Source: Camelus ferus (taxonomy: Eukaryota). From it: a stretch of 64,000 nucleotides of DNA. Made by a program: the position numbers and the translations under genes. The DNA lies in contig NC_045697.1 of assembly GCF_009834535.1 (NCBI RefSeq), positions 97,962,001 to 98,026,000 on the forward strand. Reading direction: 5' to 3'. Positions 38,271 through 51,956 of the stretch are shown one piece after another. Under the pieces are notes generated by a model, which did no database searches, was not told where the DNA came from, and worked only from the letters and a program-made list of their open reading frames with translations. Numbering within the stretch: the stretch's first letter is position 1; every line of letters begins with the position of its first letter.

Positions 38271-39689
38271 CTTAAGAGAACATGCAGAATTGCCATGCCA
38301 CTTCTTCTTTGATTTTCTCTTTTACTAGTAATCTTCTTGCACATTTAGAGCTTAACGTTATTCCTATAAGACAGACATGCTCCAGCCTTAGGGCATTTGC
38401 AATTGCTATCCCCTCTACCTGAAATTCTATTCGCTTAATAGCTACATGTTTCATCCTCTTACCTCCTGCGCTAACTTTTATCACAATTCATCATTGTATT
38501 TCAGTTAGTTTTATTAATTTTCTCTATCCTTCATGAGATTATGAGCTCCCAGATCTTGGATTGAATTTTATTTCTGCATCTCGAAATGCGTAGCCTGTTA
38601 TCTGTTACAGAGTAGTAAGTACTGGATATATATCTAATAATTATTAACTCCCAGAAACATAACTATTATTATTATATACCTCCATTGAGAAAGTGAAATG
38701 GGGTGGATTAAGGGGAAAGAGGAATATCCAAATAATCATCTCTTACAGTAGAAAGTTAATATATAACATATAAAATGATAACTGTAAAATAACATGATAG
38801 GCATACTATTAAAAGATATGGACTCAAAGAAGAGGAGAAAAATCAGGTTCGAGGGGAATGTATTGTGTCTGGGGAGTAAGAAAAAGAAGGGAGGATAGAA
38901 AGGGATATTTAAAAACAAGGATACCTGTTCATGTTATAAGCCTTATAGAATAACTTGAATTTTCAAACTATGCTCTCATCTTTGATAAATATAAAACAAA
39001 CAAATTTAACAATGTATAGTTAAATTTAGACATAATAACATAAAAAACAGCAAGCAGTTAAAAGATTTCTAAGGCCTTTAGATTATGTAAAGTCATGTAT
39101 TCATGTGAATAATTTAAGAGTAATTATAAAAAGAGAAGAAAGGAAGTTAGGAACAAATGAGGAAAGAAAGAAAAATAAAGAGAAAAGGAAAAAAAAAGAA
39201 ACAATCTATGACTCCCAAATCATAAGAAAGGGAAAAGAAAATAGAAAAACCTCAATTACTCCAAACTACAATCAGGAAAGAGGGGAAAAGGGCAAAGTTA
39301 GGGGAAGTTAAGCAAAAATGCAGAAAATCAAATTATAAAAATATACCCAAATATATGAAAAATATCAATAAATTTAAATGAATTAAAAGCACCAGTTAGA
39401 CAAAAATTTAGAATTATAAAAAAATTAACATTCAATTAGGTTCTATTAACAAAGAGCACATGAAGTTAAAATAAGACAAAAAATTATTATGAATGAAGAG
39501 TGATTGTGCAGACAAAACATCTTTGTACACCCGAAATATAGACATAAAATACATGAAGCAAATATTATGAATTATAAGGAAAATGTGATACACAATTGTT
39601 GGAAATATCAACACTCTTATTCTACTATTTGTTGAATCAGTAAGAAAAATTTTATCAATTGTAGCCAATTATTGATATTCAAGTTTCCT

Positions 39690-39965
39690 CATATCACTAT
39701 TACTGTTTCTGTGTATTCATTTCCTGGCTTGTAATTTTGCTTTATAAAGGCATACCTGTAATTCTCCCTTGGAAGGCTGTCCTTGGACTAATGGAGTCAC
39801 ACACTTCCCATAGGTCCACAGAATGTGAAGTCCTTTAAGAGATGCCAACCAATGACCCACTGATCTGATTATATAAAAGTTCACTGGCCTTGCCTTGAGT
39901 TGAGAAAAACGCTAAGGTATAATTTACCCTCAAGAGTTCTTCCTGCAGGATCAGTCTAGAACTTT
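39690..39965. mobile_element. LTR16-like (ERVL) LTR fragment
   Basis: ccttgccttgagttgagaaaaacgctaaggtataatttaccctcaagagttcttcctgcaggatcag resembles the LTR16 core as recalled. Confidence 0.55.
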
Positions 39966-42900
39966 ACCATAAAGTTTTTAATGTCAAGAATAAGACAAAA
40001 AAATTTACTGTCACTATTATTTAACATTATGTATGAGATACTAGCCACTGCAACTAGACAAGAAAAAGAACTTAACTATTTAAAAATGAAAAAGAGGAGG
40101 CAAAAATTCACACTATTTTATGATCAGTTGACTGGAAAAAACAAAACACTCAATAACTATAAAAAATTCCTATTATAAATCAAATAATTTGTGAGGTGAT
40201 TAATAAAAACAAATAAACATAGAAAATCAGTGGTATATATACAAACATGTTAAATAATAAAATCAGTTATGCTATTTATAATAACTAATAAATTTAAAAT
40301 CAAAGAATGAACAAAAAATTTGTAAAACTTATATTTTAAAAAATCAGCTTAACCAAATGGAAAGGTATGTTATATTCTTAGATAGGAAGACTAATAGCAT
40401 TAAGCTGTCAATTTTTAAAGTTAATTTGTAAATAGAACATGATCCAAATGAAAATGCCAAGAGTTTGTTTTTAAGTAGGAAAGTGATTCTGCAGTTATAC
40501 AAGAATATTGGTTTTTTAATTCTGAAAAATAAGAGCACCAAGGGGATACCAGGTTATCAAAATATACTATAATTCTTCAGTAGTTAAAATTATGTGGCAT
40601 CAGTACATTAAAAACAGAGTAATATAAAAGAATACAAAGCCCAGAAACTGACCCAAATACATTAAGGACTTTATTAGATGATAAAAGTGTCATCTCAAAC
40701 TGCTGAGGAAAATATGGACTATTCAATAATAATATGTGGAAAGCTGGATAACCATTTATAAAAACATAAGTTGAATCAGTTCTACACACTGTACTATAGG
40801 AACAAAATCCTAATAGATCAAAGATCTAAATATAAAAATGAAATTATAGAAGTCCTATAACAAAACTTGGTAGAATTCCTTTAAAATATAAGAGTCCAGA
40901 AAGTTTATCTACCTGGCACAATCTCCAGAAGTCATAAAACATAATTATATTAAGAGACTACAAATTTTAAAATCCATGTAGCAAAAAATAAATAAATAAA
41001 CTTAAAAATAAAATGGGAATTATATATTTAATATCACAACCAAAGATCTAGTCTTTTTAAATTTAACAGTTTTAGACAAGTAAGTAAGAAAAAAGACAAT
41101 CCAACAGGAAAGAACAAAGGATATTAATAAATTCTCCACAGAAAAGGAAATGCTAATGGCTTTTATAAATATGAAAAGATACTCGAACTAGTGATATTTA
41201 GAGAAATAAAATTCCATAAATTAAAGATATGCTCAAAAATAAAAAGAGCTGGTCAAAAGAGACACTTTCTTGAAGTAGCTTCTATTGTCCAAATTTAGAA
41301 TAATTTGAGCATGAGAAAAGATAATTACAACAGATAACATACTTTTAAATGGTGAGCACAGTTCACTTAGGAGAGAGACAAGGAAATGAAAAAAAGGCAA
41401 ATTCTTTTAAAAACCATAGCTAATATATATGTAAAAGGAGGGAAAGAATTAGAAAATAATTTTGCAATTCAATGCAACAACTGATTCAGACAAGATCATT
41501 GAGTATCAAAACCACTGGGTTTAAACTTTGTTAAGTTAAAAAAGAGAATATTCACATAATCTTGAATTACCTCTCCATTTAAAGAGGAAAGCATACCTTT
41601 GCAACATGGAAATCTGATTTTCACTACCTTAATTAAGTGATCAAAGTAAACATACTCAATAATGCCTATTGATGGAATCAATATTGATAACTGAGTATCA
41701 TCTATGTAGAATTCTTGCTCAAAATGTTTAACCTAAATCTAGTGATGAGGAAATAATCAGAAAAATTCCTAATAGGAGAAAATCTATGTAACAACTAAAT
41801 TAAAAAAAAAATTTAACATAATAAAAACAAGGGAGGATGAGGACTATTCTAAGTGAGAAGAATCTAAAAGACATAATGCAGTTTATGAAACTTGATTGGA
41901 CTTCAGATTTTTAAAAGAAAATATAAAAGATAAATTAGGGAGTATTGAGGAAATTTGAATATAAATTGTTTTTTAGATGACATATGAAACTTCCGTTAAT
42001 TTTCTTAGGTATAATTATAAATTGTGATTGCATAGGAAAATATCATTTTTCAGAAATAGGTGTGAAATACATATGTCATGATGTATGCAATTTATCTCCA
42101 AATGGTTCAGTAAAAATATGTGTAAATAGAAATAAGTCAAATGTAGTAAAATCTTAACATTGCATCATAGTCTGTAATAGGAAAACCTTCAAAACAACAT
42201 CAATGCCCATCAAAACTGAAATGGTTAAATAGTTATCTAAATATGCACTATAATACGAAGCAGCTATCTTTTTTTTTAAAAAAAACTTCAAATATTTTAA
42301 TGTTAAGGTAGATAGATTTCTAAAACATTACATATGATACGATATATAAAATATAAAATACATAAGGGTTAATAATTGTGTGAGTGTTTATAAATATGAC
42401 TGCATAAAATCTCTGCATGGAAACTAAGCAGGCATCAAAGCAGAAGAGAACTTTTTAGTACATACTTTTTAAAATGCTATATTCTATTTAACTACTGTGA
42501 ATGAGTACCTATTTTAACAACAACCACCACAAAAACTGTAACAAAGAACAATGGAGAAAATTCCAAAAAATGTAGAGAAAAAGAGGATAACAAGGTAATA
42601 ATAGAAACTGAGACACATATAATAAGAAACAACAAAAGCAGCATATGGTCCTATGAAAAGCTAACAAACTAAACATACTGTTGACAAGATGGATGGAGGT
42701 AAAAAGAGACAAGGTAGATGTAAATCTTTGTAAAAGAAAAATAGGGGTCATATCTACCAACAATATACAGGTTTAGAAACTCTTTGATAAAGAAATATAA
42801 ATACAAGACAATTTATTTGAAAAATTGGATTAAATAAACAATTTTCTAAAAAAATCTTTTATTACCAAAATGATTCAAGGGTAAACAGAAATTTTAAATT

Positions 42901-45837
42901 CTTGAATAGTTAGAAATTAATCAGCAGTTTAAAAATAATTTATAACAAATGGACAAAAAGCATATAGGTAGTTTTATAGGAAAGATCCATAAACATTCAA
43001 AGAACACAAAATTCCCATCTTAAGCAAACCGTTACCCAAAGTAGTGAAAGAGAAAAAACTCCTAACTCTTAATAATTATAGTCCCAATGTATTTAATATA
43101 CTCTTAATGCATTTAATAATTCACAATGATCACCAGGCTATCTCAGTAATATAAAGTTATTTTCACAATAGAAAACTCAGTGTAATCTTGAATTATGTAA
43201 TTAATGGATGATAAAATTATAAATTTCATATACTCTCTATATTATTTTTATATAGGTATACACAGTAAAATGTACAATATATATTCTTTTCAACATTTTA
43301 TTAGAATTTCTAACAAACAAAGCAGAAGGAAGAGAAATCTAAAGCATAAGAATTATTTTTAAAAAATCTTTGTTATTCACAGATTACATTATTATCTACA
43401 TAAAAGATTCAAAAGAACCTACCAAAAATGTATTAAAAAATAGTAAGAATGTTCAGTAGGGTTGCTGGATATAAGATCATTATACCAAAAAATACATTTC
43501 TAAATACATATAACACTTATAAAATATAAGCTTTTAAAAAGTATCATTAAAAATTATTATTAATTCTGATTTGCTAAATGATGAGTCTGTGGCAAAGGAT
43601 AAGTAAACTGATAATGTGAAAATACATAGAATACTTTCTGACATCTAGAAAAGAATCAATCAATAAATGTGAAATGCCATGTTACTCTTTCTAAAAAAAT
43701 TGTCATTAATAATTGAAAAAGTGGCAGAATACTTAAAAATAAATTGAAAGTTTAGAGAAAAGTTTAGTCTTTATTGAAGGACTTACGAAAAGATTTATAA
43801 TGTAGATACATACCTTTTCTTGCATGATAAAACTCAGTATCTTAAAGATGGCAGCTTTCACTAAAAAATTGATACATCAAACTAAAATCAAAGCTTAATA
43901 TTTTATAAAACTAGACAAGCTCATCCTCAGATTAATGTTATGGTGAAAATCCAAAAGTATTCAAGACAAATTAGGAAAACACTAGTAAGAAGAAGATTCA
44001 TCCAACTGGAAATCATGACTTCTTATAAAAATGTAGTAATTAAATAAGTGTGATATTGGTATAGAAACAAATAAACAGACCAATGGAATATAAGAGAGAG
44101 CTTATAAAAAGACTTAATAATATATACAGCTATTGGTATATGACAGGTAGCATTACAGAACAGTGGAGACAGAGTGGTCTGTTTAACATATGGTGTAGCA
44201 ATAGCTAGCCATTGAGAAAAAGTTGGAATTAGACCCCTATCTCATACCATAGACACACACAAAAATATTTCAGACAGATAAAGACCTAAATAATGAAAGC
44301 AAATTTTAAAAAATATTTTATAAGGATGTATAGGAGTAAATTTTATACCATCAGAAAATAAGATTTCTTAAACAAGAGATATCTACATAGCTTCCTTCCT
44401 CATCCAGTAAATCCTCTGCTCTAATTTCACCTAATCATAAAAATCTTCTTTGACTACCAGCTATAAAATACTAGCCCTCATACTTAATGCTTGACATTCT
44501 TTGTAATTATCCTGTTTTATTTTTCATCATAGCAATTTGTTTTTCATCACTGCTGAGATGGGAGTAGAGATTTTATCTATTGTCTTCACTCCTCTCTCCC
44601 CAGGACCTAGTATTTAGCACACAGTATTCCCTGGATAACATATACAGAATTATAAAAATACAGAAAAAAATCCATTTTAAGTATTTATAAATTTATCATA
44701 TTAAGTTGAAATTTTTCTGTATATTAAAAATCACCTTAAACATAGAAATAGGCAATATCTGAAAGACAGTATTTATATTTCCAGTAAAAGACAAAGTTGA
44801 GAATATACAAATATATATGCAAATCTATAAGGAAAGATAAACAATAAGAAAGGATTACAAAGATAAACAAGTAAGAAAGGATTTAATCAAACTATTCCAG
44901 AAAAGAAAACCCATCTGGCAGAAAACATAAAAATGTGTACCTCATTAGATACACAATCACTTTACTGACAAATGGCAGGAATAAATTTGACTGGAAGACT
45001 AGGGCCACTTAGGAAAATCAAATGAGGTTTATGTGCCTAAAGCACAGAGAAGGAAGCAAGAACACTCAAAATATACCCTGGAGATCTCAGCTACATTCTT
45101 CAGCACAGTCTGAGGTTCAAGTTTACCAGTTGTAGACCATAACATCTGAATGAGATGAATGAGGTCCCCCTGGCTTTCCATAAGCATGACATCTACTTTC
45201 CAGATCTAGCCTGACATCATAATCCTGGAGTAATTCTATGCGTCAACTAATCTGAATAACTGCCAGGACCACCTCATCTGGGCCAGCTTTATCTCATCAG
45301 TCTCAGAAGTGTACAATCTACAATTTGATTACAACTTACCCTACATGAACAAATCTTCTCACCCAGCCTCATCAGCCTCCCAGAGGTCAACATAGTCTCA
45401 TCCAACCCAGAATCAGAAGAAATAACACATACTTCTTAAATATACATGGAACAGTTTCCACAATTGACCACACTCTAGGCTGTAATACAAATCTTACAGC
45501 TTTTCAGAGAAAAGAAATCATATAGATTATGTTCTTTGACTATAACACAATTAAGCTAGAACCTGGAAATAATAAAATTAGAATCCCCATGAAAATATTA
45601 TTAGTCAAAAGATAAGTGGTAAGAAATTTAAAAATCCTTAGAAGATGAATGAAAATGAAAACACTATACCTAAATTTATGAAGAGTAGTTAAGACCTTAC
45701 CGAGAGGGGAAAGCACAGCCTTAACTGCTCACATTAGAAGAGAAGAAAGACTGAAAATAAAAGAGTAAATGTCCAACATAAGATATCAGAAACAAACAAT
45801 AATCCCAAAGAAAGTAAAGAAAAATAATTAAAACAAT

Positions 45838-46078
45838 GAGGGGAGGGATAAATTAGGAATTTGGGACTAGCAGATACAAACTACTATATATAAAACAGAT
45901 CAACAAGAAGCTACTGTATAGCACAGGGACCTATATTCAATGCCTTGTAACAACCTATAATGAGAAAGAATTTTAAAAAGGATAGAGTAAATATATATGT
46001 ATATGTATAATTGAATCACTATGCTGTACACCAGAAACTAACATGACATTGTGAATCAACTATACTTCAATTAAAACA
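45838..46078 (+). mobile_element. Artiodactyl-type L1 3' end nested in older L1
   Basis: ggagggataaattaggaatttggga ... ctactgtatagcacaggg ... tgaatcactatgctgtacaccagaaactaac ... caactatacttcaattaaaa. Confidence 0.85.
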
Positions 46079-46223
46079 AATAATGAAATAGAAGATGAAG
46101 ATGAAATAGAGAAGTTGATCAACACTAAGTTGGATCTTTGAAAGGTGACAAAATAAAAGCAAGCCTCTGGTAATATAGACAGACAAAAAGAGACATGGAT
46201 GAACAAGTAATACTATGAATAAC

Positions 46224-46753
46224 TGTAATATGGAAGAACAAATCTGACTCCATGTTAGATCTGTTCCTTCAGCTCTAACCCTGTGCTCTGTTTCCTGTGC
46301 TTAGTCATGCCGGTCCTGTACCTTTGGTAAAATAATGTTGCCTATAGCCTGAAATACAGAGGATAGCCCATATTCAAGGCTCTGACCTTTCAAGGTAAAT
46401 AACACTTTTCTATTCATACAGAGATTAAAAAGTTGCAGAATAGAGAGTAACATATGCCTTGTTGGAAGGTTTACAGGAACATCATCATGTGACCTACACG
46501 GACAGCTGCAAGAACAAAGGATTCCAAAACCAAGAAGTTTGCAACAACTAACCACAACCCCACCTTCTCTTTTTTTAGTATAAAAGGAGCCTGAATTCTT
46601 ACTTGGTTGGGGAAGATGGTTCTCCAGGACATTAGTCCCCCAACTCAGTCTGCTGGCTTTCTGAATAAAGTCCTTATTCCTTACCCCAACACCTCATCTC
46701 CCAATTTACTGGCCTGTCATACATTGAGCAGAATGAGTCTGGACCTGGTAACA
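46224..46753 (+). mobile_element. Complete ERV1 solo LTR with perfect 4-bp TSD
   Basis: Termini TGTAA...TAACA. TSD TAAC at 46220-46223 and 46754-46757. TATAAAA near 46579 and AATAAA near 46664. Confidence 0.93.
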
Positions 46754-49145
46754 TAACAAAGAAGACATAATACTAATGATGGAGTTGAAATTAAGTAGAT
46801 AATAACTGAGTATGATCAGCAATTTTATTCAAATTTAATTGAAAAACCTAGGTGAAATGGAAAAAATTCTTAATAGAAAGCCTTAACCTAGCAAAACTAA
46901 CCTGTGAAGACATAGAACATCTGAAAGGCAATATAACTATTAAAGAAATTGAAGAGTTATAACATCTTAACAGAGTAACACAGATGGTTTTACAGGTGAA
47001 CCTAACCAAAACGTCCAAAGATTAGTACAGTTGGAAATTTGCTTACCCTACAACCCACCAATTTTCCTCACAGCAATTTAACTAAGAGAAAAGCTTACAC
47101 ATGTGCACTGTATGAGGTCCACAAGAACTCCCAGAAACCAAAAAATTACAAACAACCCAAATTCCCTTCAACTGAGGAACCGTTAAATTGTGTTTTATTC
47201 ACACAATGGAGTGTGAAAATGACACTGCATGCAATAACACAGATGAATCTTACTTTAAGTAAAATAAAACCTCAAAAGCCATTCAAAATGATACTCTTTT
47301 CATAAAGTTTAAAAACAAACAAAAGCAAACACACCCACTAAATTCCTAAAAGCAAGGAAATGATGGGTTATGGGATGTAAAGGGAGGGGGTTTGAGAGTT
47401 CATGGGTGTCCATGACATTATTTATAAACAAATAGGTGAATAAAAACATGGCCACGCATGAACTAATAATGACTTTTGATCTTGAACCGAGGTATATAAT
47501 GAATGTAATGCTTGAGATCCTAAAGGAAATAAAAAGAAGTAATTGTACCTCCTGGTCTCATAGTAACAAGTCTTAACCAGATAGTTCACACAGGAAAATG
47601 AAAGAAAAATGAACATTTCACTCCTCTCAGGTTGACAAATATTTAAAATGGATAATATCCACACTTTGGTGAAGGTATGGAGAAAAAGAAACCTAAATAA
47701 TGATCTGAGATATTAATGTATACAACTCTAGAGAGCAATTTAGAAATTTCCAGAAAAGTTAGTTGCATTTGCCTTATGAGTTAAGAATTTCACTCCCAGA
47801 AATCTACCTTGAAAAATTCCCATACAAGTGCTCAAAGGAAACAAGCACGACCTCTCATTGCAATAATGTTTATAGTAACAAAAACGTGGAGATGTTCTAA
47901 CCATTCATAATAGGGGAATGGATAAACTGTGGTTTATTCCTATAAAATGTGATACAACTGGTAAAATGGATGAACTAAATTTGCATGTATTACCATTTCA
48001 AAAACATAAGCTTAAATGAAAAAAAGCAAGTTGCAGCAGGATGCACACAGTATGATACCATTTATGTAAAGTTTAAAAGTACACAGTAAATTTTACATAG
48101 TGTTTATGAATCCATTCCATATGCAGTAAAAGAACAAAAACACACATGGGGATATAAACAACTCCAGAAGAGAGGTTACCCTTGAGGAGGCAAGAGGGGA
48201 AAGGGTAACAGGAGTGAGGCTTTGCTGGGATCTTTAATGTTTTCTTTCCTTCAAATAAAAATAAGACGTTAAGCCCCAGGAAACATGGCACAATAGCATC
48301 TAAGTCCAAACTGTACACCCTGAGGTTACTGTATTATTTTCTAATTTTTCTGTAGGTTTGAATTATTTAATCAATACAATTTAATTGAATTATAAGATCA
48401 AGTAATCTGACATGTCAAACTTTACCTAAAGTCGCAGTGAGTACTGTCACCTCCAGTAAGGATTCATAACACATCCCAGTGAGGGAATCACTGGACTCTT
48501 TAGAACGGTATGATGTGTCCAGTCTTGCTTGTAATTATTTTAGTTAACTAAGCCTAAATTGTGGCTTGAAAGAGATTTTGGGAAGATTACTTAGCCTTCT
48601 GCAATATAAATTTTTATTAGGCATTAGGGAATGCCTGAAAGTACTCCTTTGTAACAGATGATTGAGGTTATATTAAACCTAAACAAACTATAATAATTCA
48701 TAAATGAGTAATTTCAAAACACCTAGAGTAATTAAAATCTTTTTTCATACTGCAATTTTTTTGAAAATGTGTGAGCTCCAGAGAAAATATTCAGAAGCAG
48801 TGAAGGAAAATTATAAATATCAGTTATAAATATAGATAAAAATACATGTAATTGAAACATGATTCTTGGTGTATTTCCATTCAAAAAGTCAAGCTATCAA
48901 AGAAGCATGCGCCTTGATTTCAATCATGACACTGTCATCACAATATAGGTACAGGCAAGTCTCAACTTGGATTTCCACTCTTTGTTCTTTTAAGAAGCAG
49001 GAAATAATCTCTGAAGAGGATACACCCTTCACCACTATTAACAGCATACCTACAATATGATTTATGTCAACATTCAGTAGAATAATTTGTTAGAGGTCCT
49101 GTACTTCATACTTTGTACCAGGAAAGAGCTTATTAAAGGATGCCA

Positions 49146-49273
49146 GGGAGGGTATAGCTCAGTGGTAGAGCACGTGCTTAGCATGCATGAGGTCCTGGGT
49201 TCAATCCCCAGTCCCTCCATTAAAATACATAAATAAATATAAATAAATAAACCAAATTACCTCCCCCTACCAA
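49146..49273 (+). mobile_element. tRNA-Ala-derived SINE (camelid Vic-1-like)
   Basis: GGGAGGGTATAGCTCAGTGGTAGAG (A box) ... GGTTCAATCCCC (B box), followed by (TAAA)n and aattacctcccc. Confidence 0.88.
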
Positions 49274-49789
49274 TAGAGGAATTTGCCAAAATACAGTTAC
49301 AAATAAAATAAAATCATTACTGAAAGGAAGGGAGGGTTGAATTCTTGCCTCTAACATAAACAAATTCACACATTTTATCTGTTAAACAAAACAAGTCAAC
49401 TGTGAATTCAAACCTAGTTAATTAAGTCATGAGGTACATGAAAATCTCACTGTGAAATTCAGGGCCAGAATTCACCAAAATAATTTCTATTAGATGGCTA
49501 ACTCACCCTAGCAGGTGTCCCAAAGAACTACAAATAAATTGTGTATTAAAAAAAAGGTACATTTATTTTCCTAAAATTGGTTTTTTTCCCAAATAATTTG
49601 GTATATATTTGAATTAATTCTGCTAAGCAAATTCTCTTTCCATTTGAACATCCTCTGAAAGCATATAAGCATATATGAAGTCATAGATCTGAATGTCTAC
49701 AGTCCTTAGATGAGAACATCCACTTTGGAAGATCCAACCGAACTCCTTGACCTCTTTAATCTAAGCCTTTCCCCTGTGCATCTGTCCAT

Positions 49790-50080
49790 TTTTCCTTCCT
49801 TCAGCAAACATTTAATGACTGTTTACTATGTGCCAGGCATTATACTAGGTGGGAATATTTAGTAGTTAGTAACAACAACAACAACAATAACAATAATGTG
49901 TTATGTGCTTGGCACTGAATAAGCACTTTGCCATTGCTGCCTTCATGAAGTTCACAGTCTAGTAGGGAAGGAGCAGTAGTAAATTGATTACAATTATAAT
50001 AAGGGATAAGAAGGAATTCTATGAGAGTCTAGATGACAGGGCGATGGTCTGAAAGTCAGGGATGATGTTCATGAGAAAGC
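49790..50080. mobile_element. L2 3' fragment
   Basis: cagcaaacatttaatgactgtttactatgtgccaggcattatactagg ... ctgccttcatgaagttcacagtctagtagggaag. Confidence 0.75.
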
Positions 50081-51537
50081 ACAGGACATTCCCGGTTTCT
50101 ACCAACCAGCCCTCCTTATCTTGCGCCAGTTGTTCAATAGTGCTTTTCTCTGAAAACCAATGCTGTATCCCTATGGACTTGACTCAGCTTTATCCTGCCA
50201 CTTACCCCTTTCTCTCCTGTATCCTGATCTGCTCTTGGTAATGAGCTCATTCTCGGCCTCCATCTCCGTATTTAGGCAAGTATCTGTCACCCCACTGAAT
50301 ATGCAAATTTCACATGAGCACGTGTGCACTGTTATTTCCTGGCATCGGATAAGTAAAACCAAAGCGAACACAGGAAGTGCTGATTGAAAGCTACCTTTTC
50401 CCCATTTTCTTAACATATCACTCCTACTTCTCAATCCATTTTCTTTCATTGCAAGGAAGAAAATGAGAACCAGAGGGCAGGAAGGAGGAAGGACTAAAAG
50501 AAGAGAAAAAAAGAATAGAAAGAAGAAAAAGAAGAGAAGGAGGAAAGGAGGAGGAGAGAAGGGCACCAGCAGAAAGTTCAAAATCAGTTTTGAAAGCATA
50601 GGAGAACACTGACATGCCTTTTTCCTCCTTCTTTTTTCATCTTCTTTTCAACTTTCTCCTTGTGTTCCTTTTTTATATCCTTTGGCTATCAACATCACTT
50701 ACAAAACACTTACATCATGGTTTTTGTATACTCAGAGTTCCTTCCTACATGCAGATTACTTTGAAATGCAACAGTCAACCCCGGGATGCAATGACTGCTG
50801 CATAGAGCTGAGGTCACCTTGTCCCTTAAGCAAAGCTGACCAAACCTCTCATCTCATCTCTGCTACAGATTTGGACAGAGAAGAAGGCAACACTTGTATT
50901 TCTGTCAGCCACCACTGGCATTGAGTTTTTACTTTTGCTGTATCTTCTACATTTTCTATCACTACTCTGTTTCTAGCTCATTCTTTTGATTTTCCTCACC
51001 TCTTCACCAGAAGGACACTGCCCAACCCTTTCACATACACCCAAATGGCAACTCAAAATTGCATCTTTACATGTGTCTAGCAGACTAGCATGAAATTATG
51101 GGCCAATGGGATTTGGAAAGGAGGAATTTACAAATCAGAGAACCACCACGAACAACTTGAAATAAACATCAGGTATATATGGTTTTAAAGTCTCTTGGCC
51201 ATTCCTGACATTGGAGACTTTTGCCTGGCAGCCCTCCTTCTAGAGAGAATGCCAACTGTTGGAAAATTGCTAGTTATCTGTCTTCCCCTACCTGCTTTCA
51301 TCTTCTCTCTCATCCTCCGGCTGCCTAGAGAAACTCAAACTTCCTGTTTTGCCATCAGAGAAACTGGTTTGCCTTCGCCTCACTCCTAGCCCAGCCTATT
51401 ACACCAAGAGTCATCATTCCACAAACCAAACGGCCCATCACAATACTTGTCTCAAGAATGCATTTGATTTACTAAAAAGGAATTATTTCCTAGTTTTTAA
51501 ACTAACAGGTTCTTTTTCCCTCCTTGCTACAATCTTG

Positions 51538-51615
51538 AATTAAATAATTTAAATTAAAATTTTTAATTAAAATAATTTAATTAAAATTTTTAATTAAATA
51601 ATTTTAAATTAAAAT
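51538..51615. repeat. Pure A/T imperfect tandem repeat (about 26-bp unit)
   Basis: AATTAAATAATTTAAATTAAAATTTTT-like unit repeated roughly 3 times, with no G or C. Confidence 0.8.
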
Positions 51616-51956
51616 AAAAAACAAAGCAAAAGCAAACAAAACAAATCAATCTCAAAAAGATAGTATCAAAAGGTAAAATATGCTGTAATAAGTATGTCTA
51701 AAAGTCCTGGCTAGTGCCTTATTGTAATAGTACTTCCTTGAAGCAGTTATAATGGAATTCTCTCCAACAAATACAAGTTTTGTTCAGTTTATAAATGTGT
51801 GTGTGCACGCGTGTGTGTGTGTATCTATCAGTCTCTAAAAGAGTAATAAAAAGTCTAAAATGTGGCATAACACACTGAGGACAAAGGAAAAAGAATGTTA
51901 AACTTCGGTGAACAGGCAGGCAGTAGTAGAAACCTCAGAAATACAGGCACAGTTCC

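Larger units (their letters stand above)
35927..48370 (+). mobile_element. Block of fragmented, highly degenerate L1M elements with nested insertions
   Basis: A-rich plus strand with several L1 ORF2/3' UTR remnants, e.g. 36000-37000, 39980-41200, 43250-44380, 45410-47330 and 47600-48370. No intact ORF. Confidence 0.8.

Noticed and set aside
49146..49220. tRNA-Ala gene
   Set aside because: The 5' end GGGAGGG does not form a proper acceptor stem with the 3' end, and the sequence continues into a SINE-type AT-rich tail.
50171..50599. 142-aa hydrophobic ORF, and similar ORFs at 19643-20010 and 28643-28970
   Set aside because: These arise from purine-rich or (TA)n low-complexity sequence that lacks stop codons.
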